A stretch of DNA of 64,000 nt from an uncultured Chthonomonadaceae bacterium (GTDB taxonomy: Bacteria; Armatimonadota; Chthonomonadetes; Chthonomonadales; Chthonomonadaceae). The notes under the pieces are model-generated. The model had not been told where the DNA came from. It searched no databases and saw only the letters and a program-made list of their open reading frames with translations. This document shows positions 48,554 to 59,306 of the stretch, piece by piece. Numbering within the stretch: the first letter of the stretch is position 1; each line of letters starts with the position of its first letter. The stretch covers positions 1 through 64,000 of the forward strand of contig CAWIEK010000022.1 of NCBI GenBank assembly GCA_963835065.1. The letters run 5' to 3'. The position numbers were made by a program, and so were the translations under genes.

Positions 48554-50302
48554 TTACATCTGACGCGGACTCACGGATGGGTCGCGGTCGGAGTAAGCAG
48601 GAGCATCCAATTCACTTATGTCCAGACCGATGTCTTCATGAGGCGCTTCGGAGCGAATGCCGCCGGGAAGCTTGAACAGCTTGCGCCAGCAGGCATTTTG
48701 CAGCCGAAAGAACAGGTAAGCAGCGCCGAACGCCCAAACAAAACTCACGACGCAACTGATCACTTGCGCTCCTAATTGCCCCCAATCGCCATATATCGCG
48801 CCGGTTACGCCCAAATTGGAATGACCGAGGTAAGTTTTGTCGCCGACGCCATTCCAGTTCACTCCATACGTGCCATCCGCAAAAAGACCTACGGAGAGTA
48901 GTCCCCACAGGCCACAGACGCCATGCACGGCAACGGCCCCTACAGGATCATCCACCTTTTTTTGTTCTATAAGGCGACAGGCGATGCAGACCAGAACGCC
49001 CGCAATCAGTCCAATGAGAACTGCAAAGGGTGCGTTTACAAAGGCGCAGGGCGCGGTGATGGCGACCAATCCTGCCAGCATCCCGTTCGCGCACATGGCA
49101 GGATTAGGTTTTTTGTAAATGGACCACCAGTAAGTCATTGCCGCGATAGTGCCGCCTGCCGAAGCCAGCATGGTATTTGTCGCGATAACTCCGATACGCA
49201 ATGCCCCCCCGCCGGACGCGCCCAATGTCGAACCTGGATTGAACCCAAACCATCCGAAGGCAAGTACCAGCGTACCCAACAAGGCCATTGGCAAATTATG
49301 CGGTCGAAACTCCGCTGAGGCAGTCTCTTTTGAAACACTCTCGCCATTCTCACCGGTGTGATCGGCAGTTTTGTTATCAAACCGCCCGCGTCGCGGTCCG
49401 AGTACAATGGCTCCTGCGAGCGCTGCCCATCCCCCAACGGCATGCACAACGCCGGAACCGGCAAAATCTACCGCGCCATGTCCCAACGACAGACCATGCC
49501 CCTGCGCCCATGTGCCTAAATTTGCAAGCCAACCGCCTCCCCATACCCAGTGCCCGTAAAGCGGATAAAGGAACATAGACGCGAACAGGGCATAGCCTAC
49601 AAAGGCTGAAAAACGCCAGCGCTCCGCCATAGCGCCAGTTGGGATGGTAGCCATCGTATCCATGAAGACCATCTGAAACAGGAACATCGTGAATACGCCA
49701 ACATCATAGAAGTTAACGGACAGAAAGAAACCATGCGTTCCCACAAGGCCATGAAAGTCTGGCCCTGCCAGTGGATGAATGCCCCCAAGGCTGGCGGGCG
49801 GCGCTCCCATTCCGCCAAACATCAAGGCAAAGCCCACGGCCCAGAAACCTAGGATACATAGCGGATATACAATAAGGTTTGTCATGAAGACATGCGTTGC
49901 GTTTCTCGCGCGGCAAAGGCCACACTCCAGCAACGCGAAGCCCACCTGCATGAACATTACCAGATACCCGGTCACCAGGGTCCAAACAATGTTAATGGCG
50001 ATTCGATTTTGACCTACAGCATCGGAAAGGGCTGCCGCTAAGGGTTCACTGCTCCCTTTATTCCGCCAGGCGTCTGAGGACGTGAGGGCTGTGCCATCTG
50101 CGTTCAGAACATCATCATGATTGCCTGTAACGCTTCCCCCAGGATCACCGGTGAAATTGCCTTTTGCCGCGCCTTGCGCCGTTCCTGTTACAGGAACGCA
50201 CAGGAACAGCAAAGTCCAGAATAAGGCTATCATCATTAGGACAGGACGAAACATGTGGCGCGGCAATATGTCGGCATGTTTCACACACGGCAAGCCTTTC
50301 AT
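48554..50302 (-). CDS. amtB: Ammonium transporter (Amt family)
   Basis: MQVGFALLE, GAMAER, HWVWGGGWL, DFAGSGVVH, FGWFGFNPGS, AGLVAITA and DDPVGAVAVHG. Confidence 0.95.
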   Translation of the reverse strand: MKGLPCVKHADILPRHMFRPVLMMIALFWTLLFLCVPVTGTAQGAAKGNFTGDPGGSVTGNHDDVLNADGTALTSSDAWRNKGSSEPLAAALSDAVGQNRIAINIVWTLVTGYLVMFMQVGFALLECGLCRARNATHVFMTNLIVYPLCILGFWAVGFALMFGGMGAPPASLGGIHPLAGPDFHGLVGTHGFFLSVNFYDVGVFTMFLFQMVFMDTMATIPTGAMAERWRFSAFVGYALFASMFLYPLYGHWVWGGGWLANLGTWAQGHGLSLGHGAVDFAGSGVVHAVGGWAALAGAIVLGPRRGRFDNKTADHTGENGESVSKETASAEFRPHNLPMALLGTLVLAFGWFGFNPGSTLGASGGGALRIGVIATNTMLASAGGTIAAMTYWWSIYKKPNPAMCANGMLAGLVAITAPCAFVNAPFAVLIGLIAGVLVCIACRLIEQKKVDDPVGAVAVHGVCGLWGLLSVGLFADGTYGVNWNGVGDKTYLGHSNLGVTGAIYGDWGQLGAQVISCVVSFVWAFGAAYLFFRLQNACWRKLFKLPGGIRSEAPHEDIGLDISELDAPAYSDRDPSVSPRQM

Positions 50303-50684
50303 AGCTGTTTTCCTTGAAAATTATGGATAATCGAGCAAGACAGAGAATACAGGCTTCCTGTTAAACACAAAGATTTCGTCAGTAAGCCTTGTTTAGGATT
50401 ATCGCAGGTAAGCCTGCCGCCATTACTATTATGCAAATAATTCTCATTTCCTTCATTCCTATACAAATTTACAATAAAATTTTAGAGTGAAAATAGTCAC
50501 GCCATTGGTCTACAACATTGTCAGGGAGATTGTGTGAGATGGATACGTAATGGTGATTATAGCAGGAGGCAGAAGTGGATACAGGAGGAGGGCAAATATA
50601 TCTGCAAAGTGAAATTGAAGGGGTGAAATGTCCAATGAAAATTCCCTGCCGAGCGTGGAGGCTGGGCAGGGAATTATCATACTA

Positions 50685-51539
50685 CTATTTGCCGACCGCA
50701 AAGGTCAGGGATGCGACGCCATTCGCGGGAATGTTGGAAGCGTCGGTTGAGAAGTTCTGGAACGTGACCTGGCTGGACGCGATGAACTGCGTTTGATCCA
50801 GCACGAAGCCGTTGCCGTAGTTAATGGTCAGGTGCGCGGCGCGTCCGTCGTTGCCCGCGCCGAACGTGGCGGTCACTTTGGAGCCGACGGCGTTTTCGCC
50901 GTTGTTGGGGATTTTGCCCGTGATATTGGTCGGGAACGGCGACACCAGAACGCCGTTGCGTACATAAAAGCGCCCGCTGAAATTGGTCGTCTGTATGGTC
51001 AGGGCGCGGGTTTGCAAGCTGCTCTGGGGCAGGGCGATGGTGTAGTCCGTGCCTTGCACCGGGTCAACGGGCAGGGCGGCGTTCTGCACAATCGCGCCGG
51101 TGGCGTCAATGGTCAGGCCGGAATTGGAAACGCCGTTGACCGCAATGGCCGCGCCGGAAGGATATACGCCGCTCAGGGGCGCGGAGCCGCTCATCACGAC
51201 GGCAAGGGGAGCGCCCGCGCCGACGCTCGCCGACCCACTCGGCACAACGGCGGTGACTTGCTGCCCGTTGACCGCAATCGTCTGCGTGGTTCCGCCCGTT
51301 GGGGGCACGGAAATCAGCGAGGTGGACGTGGCCGCCGCCTGCGCGGTTTTGCCCGTAACGGTGTTGGACGTGCTGACCGGGGTGGTGGAAGAACCGGAAC
51401 TGCATCCGGCCAGCACTCCGGCTCCGAGCAGCAGCGCGCCCGCCTGCGCCAGCAGCGCCTTGCTCAATTTTGCGGTCTTGTTCGTGGCCGTGTTTCGCGT
51501 CGTGGCTGTCATGGTCTTCGTGATTTTCATGGTCTTCAT
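50685..51539 (-). CDS. Lipoprotein of unknown function
   Basis: Lipobox LAGC followed by a Ser/Thr-rich linker and a beta-rich domain. Confidence 0.8.
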   Translation of the reverse strand: MKTMKITKTMTATTRNTATNKTAKLSKALLAQAGALLLGAGVLAGCSSGSSTTPVSTSNTVTGKTAQAAATSTSLISVPPTGGTTQTIAVNGQQVTAVVPSGSASVGAGAPLAVVMSGSAPLSGVYPSGAAIAVNGVSNSGLTIDATGAIVQNAALPVDPVQGTDYTIALPQSSLQTRALTIQTTNFSGRFYVRNGVLVSPFPTNITGKIPNNGENAVGSKVTATFGAGNDGRAAHLTINYGNGFVLDQTQFIASSQVTFQNFSTDASNIPANGVASLTFAVGK

Positions 51540-51601
51540 GGTGTGTCTGTCTCCTCAACAGGGTTGTTTAAACTGGATTGTTAAAACTAGTTTTGAATGG
51601 C

Positions 51602-52492
51602 TCAAAAGTGGTTGGAAAATTGAAGCTGCACGTTGAAGTTGGCAATCGGCCCGGACTGGATCGCCTGAAACGTGCCCGGCTGGTACAGCAGGTAGCCACT
51701 GAAACCGGAAAGGGATGTGCCGCCATAGGGCATCCCGAACGGCATGATGTCGGCGCTTGCAATCAGGGTCGCCCACCGGACGGGATGGTACGCAAGGCTG
51801 GCGTTCATATAGGATTTGAACGACTTGGAAATCACGCTGCCGCCCGCCCGCTCGGCGTAGCCCGTCACTTCCACATCTGCCGTCAGGCGCGAATTGATCT
51901 GGAACAGTGTGCCGCCCCCAAACAGAAGCGCGTCGGCTCCCGTGCCAACCGCATCCACGCGGCTGTATCCGCCGAACACGCTGTAGGTGGGCGCGACGCG
52001 GCTTGTCGGCGCGTTCGGCAGCGCTCTGCCGAAAGCGTAACGCGCCGTCAGCACATTGGTTTGCGTACCCGGATACTGAACGCGGGTCACTTCGCCGGGA
52101 CGAATGATGTGATTGCTGGGCGTGACAAGCCGGGCATTGGAAGGCAGGTAGCCGTTGTAGCCCAGTGTCCAGCCGCGCAAGGGACTACGCGACAGGCCCC
52201 ATTGCGCGCCGACGCGGGACGTGTCGGCGGTGAAATGGGTCGCGCCGCTGCTCCCGGTAGCAAGGATGTTCTGCTGTCCGTACCATGCGAACAAGCGGGG
52301 CGTAAGACGCTGGCGCAGCGTCCATCCGCCCGTTTGCAGCGTCCGGTTTTGCCGTCCTGCAAACGAGTAATCGCCGAGCAGGGATGTGCCGGAAGGTTCG
52401 GACGCGATCTGCATCATATTCTGCTGCGCCGACGCGGAACCGGCGACAGCGAACAGGCCGCAAACACAGGGGAAAAGCCGATAACAACGCAT
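51602..52492 (-). CDS. Putative outer-membrane beta-barrel protein
   Basis: Signal peptide ending ASA; amphipathic strands; C-terminal FNVQLQFSNHF. Confidence 0.65.
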   Translation of the reverse strand: MRCYRLFPCVCGLFAVAGSASAQQNMMQIASEPSGTSLLGDYSFAGRQNRTLQTGGWTLRQRLTPRLFAWYGQQNILATGSSGATHFTADTSRVGAQWGLSRSPLRGWTLGYNGYLPSNARLVTPSNHIIRPGEVTRVQYPGTQTNVLTARYAFGRALPNAPTSRVAPTYSVFGGYSRVDAVGTGADALLFGGGTLFQINSRLTADVEVTGYAERAGGSVISKSFKSYMNASLAYHPVRWATLIASADIMPFGMPYGGTSLSGFSGYLLYQPGTFQAIQSGPIANFNVQLQFSNHF

Positions 52493-52804
52493 AGAGGTTT
52501 GCTTTCTGAAACGGTTTTCTCGCGTGGAGGATACAGTACGCGCAGGCATGTAAATGGCTGGCTGTCAGGCGTGTTGCGGATACCTGCTATGCGCCACTGC
52601 CTGTTTTCGCGTTCACATTAAAGGCCGCATTTGCGCAGCCTACGCAGGTATTATTGGCAGCAGGAATGAAAAATGCAGGGTAGAAACCGCCTTATCAAGA
52701 AAACGGTTTCTATCCGCGCATGTCCAAACAAAGTTTTCGATTGTTTCCGTGTTACAATTAAATCCGTAGTATCTCATTTGCAGCATTGACAGGAGTTTGA
52801 CCTC

Positions 52805-53605
52805 ATGAATCGCAAACGCCGCTCCCTGCTTGCCGCGTGTCTTATCTTGCTCCTGCTTCTCGCGCTTCCTCTTGGCTTGACGTACCGGCGGTGGCAGCAG
52901 GCGCGGCTTGACCATGCGCTGGCGCTGGCCGTAAAAGATAACCGGCTTGCCGAAATTTCTCGGCTGCTGGCGGAAGGCGCGAACCCCAACACGGCGAACA
53001 ATCCCGTGCCGACCTTTACGGAAATGCTGCGCGCCCTGCTGTCGCGCCATGTTCCTTCCGCCGCCACCGGGCAGCCGAGCCTGATTTCTGCGGCGCTTGG
53101 GCAGCATTGGGATGTCGTAGACGTTCTGCTGGCGCATGGAGCGGACGTGAACGCGCATGATGATCGCGGAATGACGCTGCTGCATTGCGCCGCGCTGTCG
53201 CAGGATCAGAAATGGTTCCTTGCGACATCGAATGACCCGCACAAAAAGGAAAGCATTGAATTGGGCATGCCGCGCCTGCACGCCCTGCTGGCACGCCACC
53301 CGAATGTCAATGCGCGCGACAGTACAGGCCAAACGCCGCTGCACTACGCCGCCGAGTTTGAGGACGGCCCGTTTGTGGAAGCGCTGATCGCGGCAGGGAG
53401 TGACGTGGACGCGATGGATCGGGGCGGTAACACGCCGCTTGCCAATGCGACTCGCGGCCTGCACTTCGACACGGCCAAAGTACTGCTGGCGCATGGAGCC
53501 GACGTTAACCACAAAGACAAGCGGGGAGGCACGATGCTGAACTACGCGAAACACTTCAACGGCCCGCAAATGGTCGCGTTTCTCAAGCGCAATGGCGCCA
53601 AGTAG
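52805..53605 (+). CDS. Membrane-anchored ankyrin repeat protein
   Basis: GADVNAHDDRGMTLLH, NVNARDSTGQTPLHYAA and GNTPL. Confidence 0.92.
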   Translation: MNRKRRSLLAACLILLLLLALPLGLTYRRWQQARLDHALALAVKDNRLAEISRLLAEGANPNTANNPVPTFTEMLRALLSRHVPSAATGQPSLISAALGQHWDVVDVLLAHGADVNAHDDRGMTLLHCAALSQDQKWFLATSNDPHKKESIELGMPRLHALLARHPNVNARDSTGQTPLHYAAEFEDGPFVEALIAAGSDVDAMDRGGNTPLANATRGLHFDTAKVLLAHGADVNHKDKRGGTMLNYAKHFNGPQMVAFLKRNGAK

Positions 53606-53731
53606 GGAAAAGCAGGGGAAGAGAACAGACAGGATATAGCGTCCTAATTTGCGAAGACAACTTGTTGCCTTGTTGGATGTTCCAGGCGAGACAGCGCAGG
53701 ATACCGGCAGGCGACTGTGGAAAATAGCGAC

Positions 53732-54662
53732 ATGAACTGGCAACACTCTCTTGTATTGTTTCTCGCGTCCATGACGGCGGGAGCCATTAACTCCGTGGCG
53801 GGCGGCGGCACACTGCTGACGTTCCCGGCCCTCATCGCCACCGGGCATACCGCTTTGATTGCCAATGCGACCAGCACCGTAGCGCTGTGGCCGGGGCAGT
53901 TGAGCAGTCTGTGGGGCTACCGCAAAGAAATCGGGCAAACGCGGGCCGCTATTATTCCCCTCACGGTTCTTGGACTGCTTGGCGGCGTCGTGGGCGCATC
54001 CCTGCTGCTTATTACGCCGAGCAAAGTGTTCGACAAACTCGTGCCGTTTCTGGTTTTAGCGGCGACTTCGCTGTTCATGGCGCAGGAGCCGTTGGCGCGG
54101 CGTCAGAAAGCGCGGGCCGCGCAATTCGCGCAGGATGTGCCGAACGCCGCCGCATCCACCCGCCGAAGCCGCGCCCATTCCCAACACTTCCCCAGTTTCA
54201 GCCGCCATTGACAATGTTTCTGACAGCGCTGCTTCTGCTGCAATTCCCTCCCCGTCTTCTGCATCCGCTTCCCCTGTCACTGCCTTTGTTGCCGGCAAAT
54301 TGCCCCTGTCCATCGCGGTTCTCGCGTTCCTCACAGCCATTTACGGCGGCTATTTCGGCGCGGGCATCGGCATTTTGACCCTTGCCGCGCTCGGCTTCAT
54401 GGGCTTCACCAACATCCACCAGATGAACGGCGTGAAAAACATCTTTACCCTGTTCATCAACGGCATTGCCGCGCTGATTTTCGTGTTCAAGCACCTTGTA
54501 GATTACCCGACTGCCGGATTGATGGCGGCCGGGGCGATTTTCGGCGGGTATGCGGGCGCAGGCATTGCCCGGCGCATCGGGCAGAAAAACGTCCGGCGCG
54601 TCGTCATCGGCCTGGGCTTTGTCCTGACCCTTTCCCTGCTGTGGAAAGCGTGGAGCAGGTAG
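53732..54662 (+). CDS. TauE/SafE (TSUP) sulfite exporter family; frameshift near 54160
   Basis: [29 protein letters not shown] and [10 protein letters not shown]. Confidence 0.88.
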
Positions 54663-54837
54663 GCACAAGGCATTAGGCATTAGGCATTAGATACAGGACA
54701 GAAGACAGAAGTTACTTGTTCCTGATACCTAATGCCTAATGCCTTGTGCCTTGTGCCTTCCTCTTCAAGCAACCATTGCCGCCGTGTCAACGTAGGATGG
54801 GAGTACGTCAAACCTTCAGAAGCGAAAGGAAATCCTT

Positions 54838-55175
54838 ATGAAAACGGCATCAGGGCTGGAATACGAAGACATCAAAGCAGGAACGGGCGCGACGCCCAAA
54901 ACCGGGCAAACCGCCGTCGTGCATTACGTCGGCACACTGACCAATGGAACCAAATTCGACAGTTCACGGGATCGGGGCGAGCCGTTCTCATTCCCGCTCG
55001 GCATGGGGCGGGTTATCAAGGGCTGGGACGAGGGCGTGTCCACTATGCAGGTCGGTGGCATCCGCAAACTGACCATTCCGCCGGAATTGGCTACGGTTCG
55101 CGGGGCGCGGGCAACGGCTTAATTCCCCCGAACGCCACGCTTGTCTTTGAAGTGGAACTGCTCGATGTGAAATAG
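54838..55175 (+). CDS. FKBP-type peptidyl-prolyl isomerase; frameshift near 55085
   Basis: [16 protein letters not shown] and VIKGWDEG; second frame GYGSRG...[14 protein letters not shown]. Confidence 0.92.
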
Positions 55176-55271
55176 CATCGTGTCCTGTCCCTATCGAATG
55201 GCTGAACGCGCTTGTGAGTGATTTGAGGCGCGGCAGTAAATTCCAGTTCGGTACAAACGAGTAGGAAAGCC

Positions 55272-56522
55272 ATGAGTGAAGCAGTATTGGCGCAGGCAAA
55301 ACGGGCGAAGGAAGCGGCGCGGCGACTGGCGGCAGTTGGGGCAACGGTAAAGAACGCTGCCCTGACTGCAATGGCGGAAGCATTGACGGCGCAATCCGCG
55401 CAGATTTTAGACGCCAACGCGGTGGATGTGGCGGCGGGGCGGGAGCGCGGCCTGTCCTCGGCGCTGATTGAGCGGCTGACGCTGACGCCCAAACGCATTG
55501 AAGCTATGTCGGAAGGATTGCGGCAGGTTGCCGCCCTGCCTGATCCGGTCGGGCAAATACTGGATGGCGGGCGGCGTCCGAACGGGCTGGACATTCAGCG
55601 CGTCCGCGTTCCTCTGGGCGTTATCGGCATCATCTATGAAAGCCGCCCGAACGTGACCGTAGACGCGGCGGGTTTGTGCGTGAAAGCGGGCAACGCCGTG
55701 ATTTTGCGGGGCGGGTCGGAAGCCATTCGCTCCAACACGGTTCTGGCGCGTTTAATATCTGCGTCGGGCGAACGGGCCGGTCTTCCTCCCTACAGCATCC
55801 AACTGATCGAAACTACGGACCGGGACGCGGCAACCGCCCTGATGCGCGCGGAAGGTCTGGTGGATGTTCTCATCCCGCGCGGCGGCGAAAAACTAAAAAA
55901 AGTGGTGATGGAAAACGCAACCGTTCCCGTGCTGACGTCGCTCGGCGGCAATTGCCATACCTACGTGGATAGCGGAGCCGATCTAAGTATGGCGGCGGAC
56001 ATCGCTTTTAACGCCAAAGTGTCGCGCCCGTCCGTGTGCAACGCCATGGAAACCCTGCTGGTACACAAGGAGGGGGCCGCGCTGCTATTGCCGCCCCTGG
56101 GCAAGCGGCTTGTCGAAGCGGGCGTGGAAATCCGGGGCTGCGAGCGTACTCTGGCATTGCTTCCGCAGGCTATTCCCGCCACCGAAGAGGACTGGGCAAC
56201 AGAGTTTCTAGCCCTGACGCTTGCCGTTCGGGTCGTGGACAGTCTGGACGACGCCCTGCGCCACATTGCGCGCTACGGCACGGGTCATTCCGAAGCCATT
56301 GTCACGCCCAATTATGCAAACGCGCAGCGCTTTACGCAGGAAGTGGACGCGGCCTGCGTGTACGTCAATGCCAGTACGCGCTTTACGGACGGGTACGAGT
56401 TCGGGCAGGGCGCGGAAGTGGGTATCAGCACCCAAAAACTCCATGCGCGCGGCCCCATCGGCCTGACCGAACTGACCACCTACAAAACCATCGTGCGCGG
56501 CAGCGGACAGATACGGGAGTGA
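55272..56522 (+). CDS. proA: Gamma-glutamyl phosphate reductase
   Basis: VPLGVIGIIYESRPNVT, RPSVCNAMETLL, NASTRFTDG and STQKLHARGP. Confidence 0.97.
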   Translation: MSEAVLAQAKRAKEAARRLAAVGATVKNAALTAMAEALTAQSAQILDANAVDVAAGRERGLSSALIERLTLTPKRIEAMSEGLRQVAALPDPVGQILDGGRRPNGLDIQRVRVPLGVIGIIYESRPNVTVDAAGLCVKAGNAVILRGGSEAIRSNTVLARLISASGERAGLPPYSIQLIETTDRDAATALMRAEGLVDVLIPRGGEKLKKVVMENATVPVLTSLGGNCHTYVDSGADLSMAADIAFNAKVSRPSVCNAMETLLVHKEGAALLLPPLGKRLVEAGVEIRGCERTLALLPQAIPATEEDWATEFLALTLAVRVVDSLDDALRHIARYGTGHSEAIVTPNYANAQRFTQEVDAACVYVNASTRFTDGYEFGQGAEVGISTQKLHARGPIGLTELTTYKTIVRGSGQIRE

Positions 56523-56629
56523 AGAAGAGAAGAAAAGAAGAAGAGAAGAAGAGGAGAAATAAACCAAAAGAGAAGAGAAGAAAAGTGGTTCCATCTCCTT
56601 TTCTTCTCTTCTTCTTCTTCTTTTCTTCT

Positions 56630-57808
56630 TCACCTTGGTGTTCTTCGTGTCTTGGTGGTTCCAGTTCTTCTATGGCGGCGCTTCCTGCGGTGAGGCGTAG
56701 TCGAACGTGTTTCCCCTGACGCGGTTTTGCGTCCATCATCGTAAGTCTGAAGGCGCAGGCCGTTTAGTTTGGCGGTTTTTACGAACTTCGCCAGTCGTTG
56801 CGGAACCGTCACCGTATTGGGGTCGCCGTCGCTGACGTAGCGCTCGCTTGCGCCGGATTTCAGTTCATCGAGGGCTTCGGGGATGCCGCCCCCGCCGTTC
56901 ACGGCCAGAACGCGCGGAATTCGCAGGGGATCGAACTTTGTGGAAATCGGCGAGGGAGCCGGTCCGCCCCAGGCGTCGATGACGGCGCGGTTGGCGTAGG
57001 ATTTGCCGTTGTATTCGCCGGAAGTGAGAACGCTGTAGTTGTGCGAACGGGGCTTGCAGCCGCCGGGCAGGGCCAGCGTGTCCAGATGCGCGCCGGGAAC
57101 CATGCGCTCCGTGACGCTTTTGCCCAGGGCGATCTCTTTGGCAATGGCCGCGTCCGACATGCGGTTGAAATAGTGGTGGCTGAGGGTATGATTGCCTAAC
57201 TCGCAGCCCATATCGAGCAGGGCGCGCATTTTCTTCGTGGCGTAGCGCTCCGAGCCGAACGCCCCCTGGGGCAGCACGTAAAACATGGCTTTGGTGGGGA
57301 AATCAGGATGCTGGCGCGTAAACTCCTGCATGATGCCAATCGCGCAGTCCGGGTCTATGCTTTTGTCGCTGCGATAGCGGAATTGCGTACTGCGGGCGTC
57401 GTCGAAGGTCAGAATCACCGGGCTGGTTCCCAGGGGCAAATCCATTTTGTTGTTGAGGTACTCGCTGAGATTGACCGGGCGGTAGCCTTCGTCATACAAG
57501 CGCTGCAAATCGGCCTGAAACTCGTCCAGGCTGCGGTGCATCATGCGCGTGGCGCGGCCCGCATTGGATGGGGTAGCCCCGATTTCATGGTACTCCAGAA
57601 TCGGCACGCGCCCCGCTTCATTGACGCGCATGGCTTTTAACTGCGCGGGGTCAATGGCGGGCGCATCGGGCGTTTGCGTCTGATGCGGCGCGTTCTTGAG
57701 CGAAGCAGGCGTATAGCGAATGGGAACCGGGGCGCGCTGCCAGGCAAGCATCAGCCCCAACAGGGCGCAGAAAACCAAACCGGTACTCAGGAACAACAAA
57801 GATTTCAT
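56630..57808 (-). CDS. Polysaccharide deacetylase family protein; 3' end uncertain
   Basis: PILEYH, ILTFDDA and GNHTLSH; N-terminal TM. Confidence 0.82.
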   Translation of the reverse strand: MKSLLFLSTGLVFCALLGLMLAWQRAPVPIRYTPASLKNAPHQTQTPDAPAIDPAQLKAMRVNEAGRVPILEYHEIGATPSNAGRATRMMHRSLDEFQADLQRLYDEGYRPVNLSEYLNNKMDLPLGTSPVILTFDDARSTQFRYRSDKSIDPDCAIGIMQEFTRQHPDFPTKAMFYVLPQGAFGSERYATKKMRALLDMGCELGNHTLSHHYFNRMSDAAIAKEIALGKSVTERMVPGAHLDTLALPGGCKPRSHNYSVLTSGEYNGKSYANRAVIDAWGGPAPSPISTKFDPLRIPRVLAVNGGGGIPEALDELKSGASERYVSDGDPNTVTVPQRLAKFVKTAKLNGLRLQTYDDGRKTASGETRSTTPHRRKRRHRRTGTTKTRRTPR

Positions 57809-57971
57809 GGGCGGAATAAATTGAACAAAAGTGGAACGCGAACCAGAAGACGTTTTTTTGAACTCTGATACAGTATAACACACTGCGCGTCCGTTGAACA
57901 CTCGTCGGCAGGACAAAGGTTTTTCGGACAGGGGAACAGGAGGCGGAAAAGAAGGGTCGCGCAGGAAGCGA

Positions 57972-59000
57972 TTATTCCTGCGGGCATGGCAGGAAGGTCG
58001 TTCCCACGCCGCGCTCGTGTACCACGTCGTCTATGACGCGCTCCCGACGCCCGCGCGCAATTACTGTACGAATACCCGATTGTGTGGCAATTCTGGCCGC
58101 TTCAATTTTGGTACGCATCCCGCCCGTACCCACGCCGCTCGTCGCTTCCCCGCCCAGCGCGGCAATCGCCGCGTCAATGCGCTCTACCGTAGAGATGAGG
58201 GTGTTGGGTGTCGGGTGTCGGGTGTCGGGATTTTGGATTGCCGATTGCCGAATTACTGTCTTCTGTCTTCTGTCTTCTATCTTCTCTTCTGTTCCCTGTT
58301 CCCTGTTCCCTGTTCCCTGTGTCTTCTCCTCTTCTTCCTCCGGCGGCTGCGCGTACAAGCCTTCCACGTCGGAAAGGATGAGCAGTAAATCCGCGCCGAC
58401 GAGGGTGGCGACGCGGGCCGCTAAGGTGTCGTTGTCGCCGAATTTGATTTCGTCTACGGCTACCGTGTCGTTTTCGTTAATGATGGGCACGACGCCCATA
58501 TCCAACAGCGCGCGCAGGGTATTTTGCGCGTTGGCAAAGCGGACTGCGTCGCTCAGGTCGTCGCGGGTCAGCAGCACCTGCGCGACCGTCACTTCCCGCC
58601 ACGCGAACGCTTCGGTATACGTGTGCATCAGCAAGCCCTGCCCGATGGCGGCGGCGGCTTGCTTAAAGGCGAGGGTATTCAGGTGTTCGGTGTTCAGGTG
58701 TTCAGGTGTTTTGATACTTGGATGTCCCTCTGTGGGCGCGTCCATTACGAACTTATTGATTGAATCTGCATTCTCCTGAACACCCGAATACCTGAATACC
58801 TGAATACCTGAATACCCAGCCCCCATCGCCTCTCTTCCCGCCCGTATCGCGCCGGACGTGACCAACACCACGTCGCGGTTCTGCGCCCGCTGCGCGGCCA
58901 ATTGCGCGGTCAAATCGGCAATAAACGCGCGGTCAATGCGTCCGTGTGTATTGGTGAGCGTACTGGTTCCAACTTTAACCACAATGCGCTGCGGCAGCAT
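57972..59000 (-). CDS. proB: Glutamate 5-kinase lacking the PUA domain, with two in-frame repeat-derived inserts
   Basis: VVKVGTSTL, QAAAAIGQ, PIINENDTV, FGDNDTL and GTGGMRTK. Confidence 0.95.
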   Translation of the reverse strand: MLPQRIVVKVGTSTLTNTHGRIDRAFIADLTAQLAAQRAQNRDVVLVTSGAIRAGREAMGAGYSGIQVFRYSGVQENADSINKFVMDAPTEGHPSIKTPEHLNTEHLNTLAFKQAAAAIGQGLLMHTYTEAFAWREVTVAQVLLTRDDLSDAVRFANAQNTLRALLDMGVVPIINENDTVAVDEIKFGDNDTLAARVATLVGADLLLILSDVEGLYAQPPEEEEEKTQGTGNREQGTEEKIEDRRQKTVIRQSAIQNPDTRHPTPNTLISTVERIDAAIAALGGEATSGVGTGGMRTKIEAARIATQSGIRTVIARGRRERVIDDVVHERGVGTTFLPCPQE

Positions 59001-59306
59001 AATCCTTCTCTTTCATCTTCCAGTGAATTTTGGCGCTGACGGGCTTATATACTTGACCAAGCCTGCGTCACTTGTGGCTATACCTCAGAAGTGGCATTCT
59101 GTCAAGGATTTTTCAGGGTTGCGTTGAAAACCGCAAAACCGCCAGCCGATGAATAACGTAGATAACAGAACGGATAACCATTGTTGGGATGCGTCGTCTA
59201 TCTGACAGAGCCATCCGAAACATGGACTTGCGCGGCCCGCGCTCTTGTTAAACGGGGTTTGCGCCGACAACAAAATTTGACCCGGCGGATGGTCAAGCGA
59301 GGCAGG

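Noticed and set aside
56521..56640. Purine-rich/pyrimidine-rich tract and the ORFs reading through it
   Set aside because: It is a low-complexity inverted repeat between convergent genes, part of the repeat family; the Lys/Arg/Phe-rich translations are spurious.
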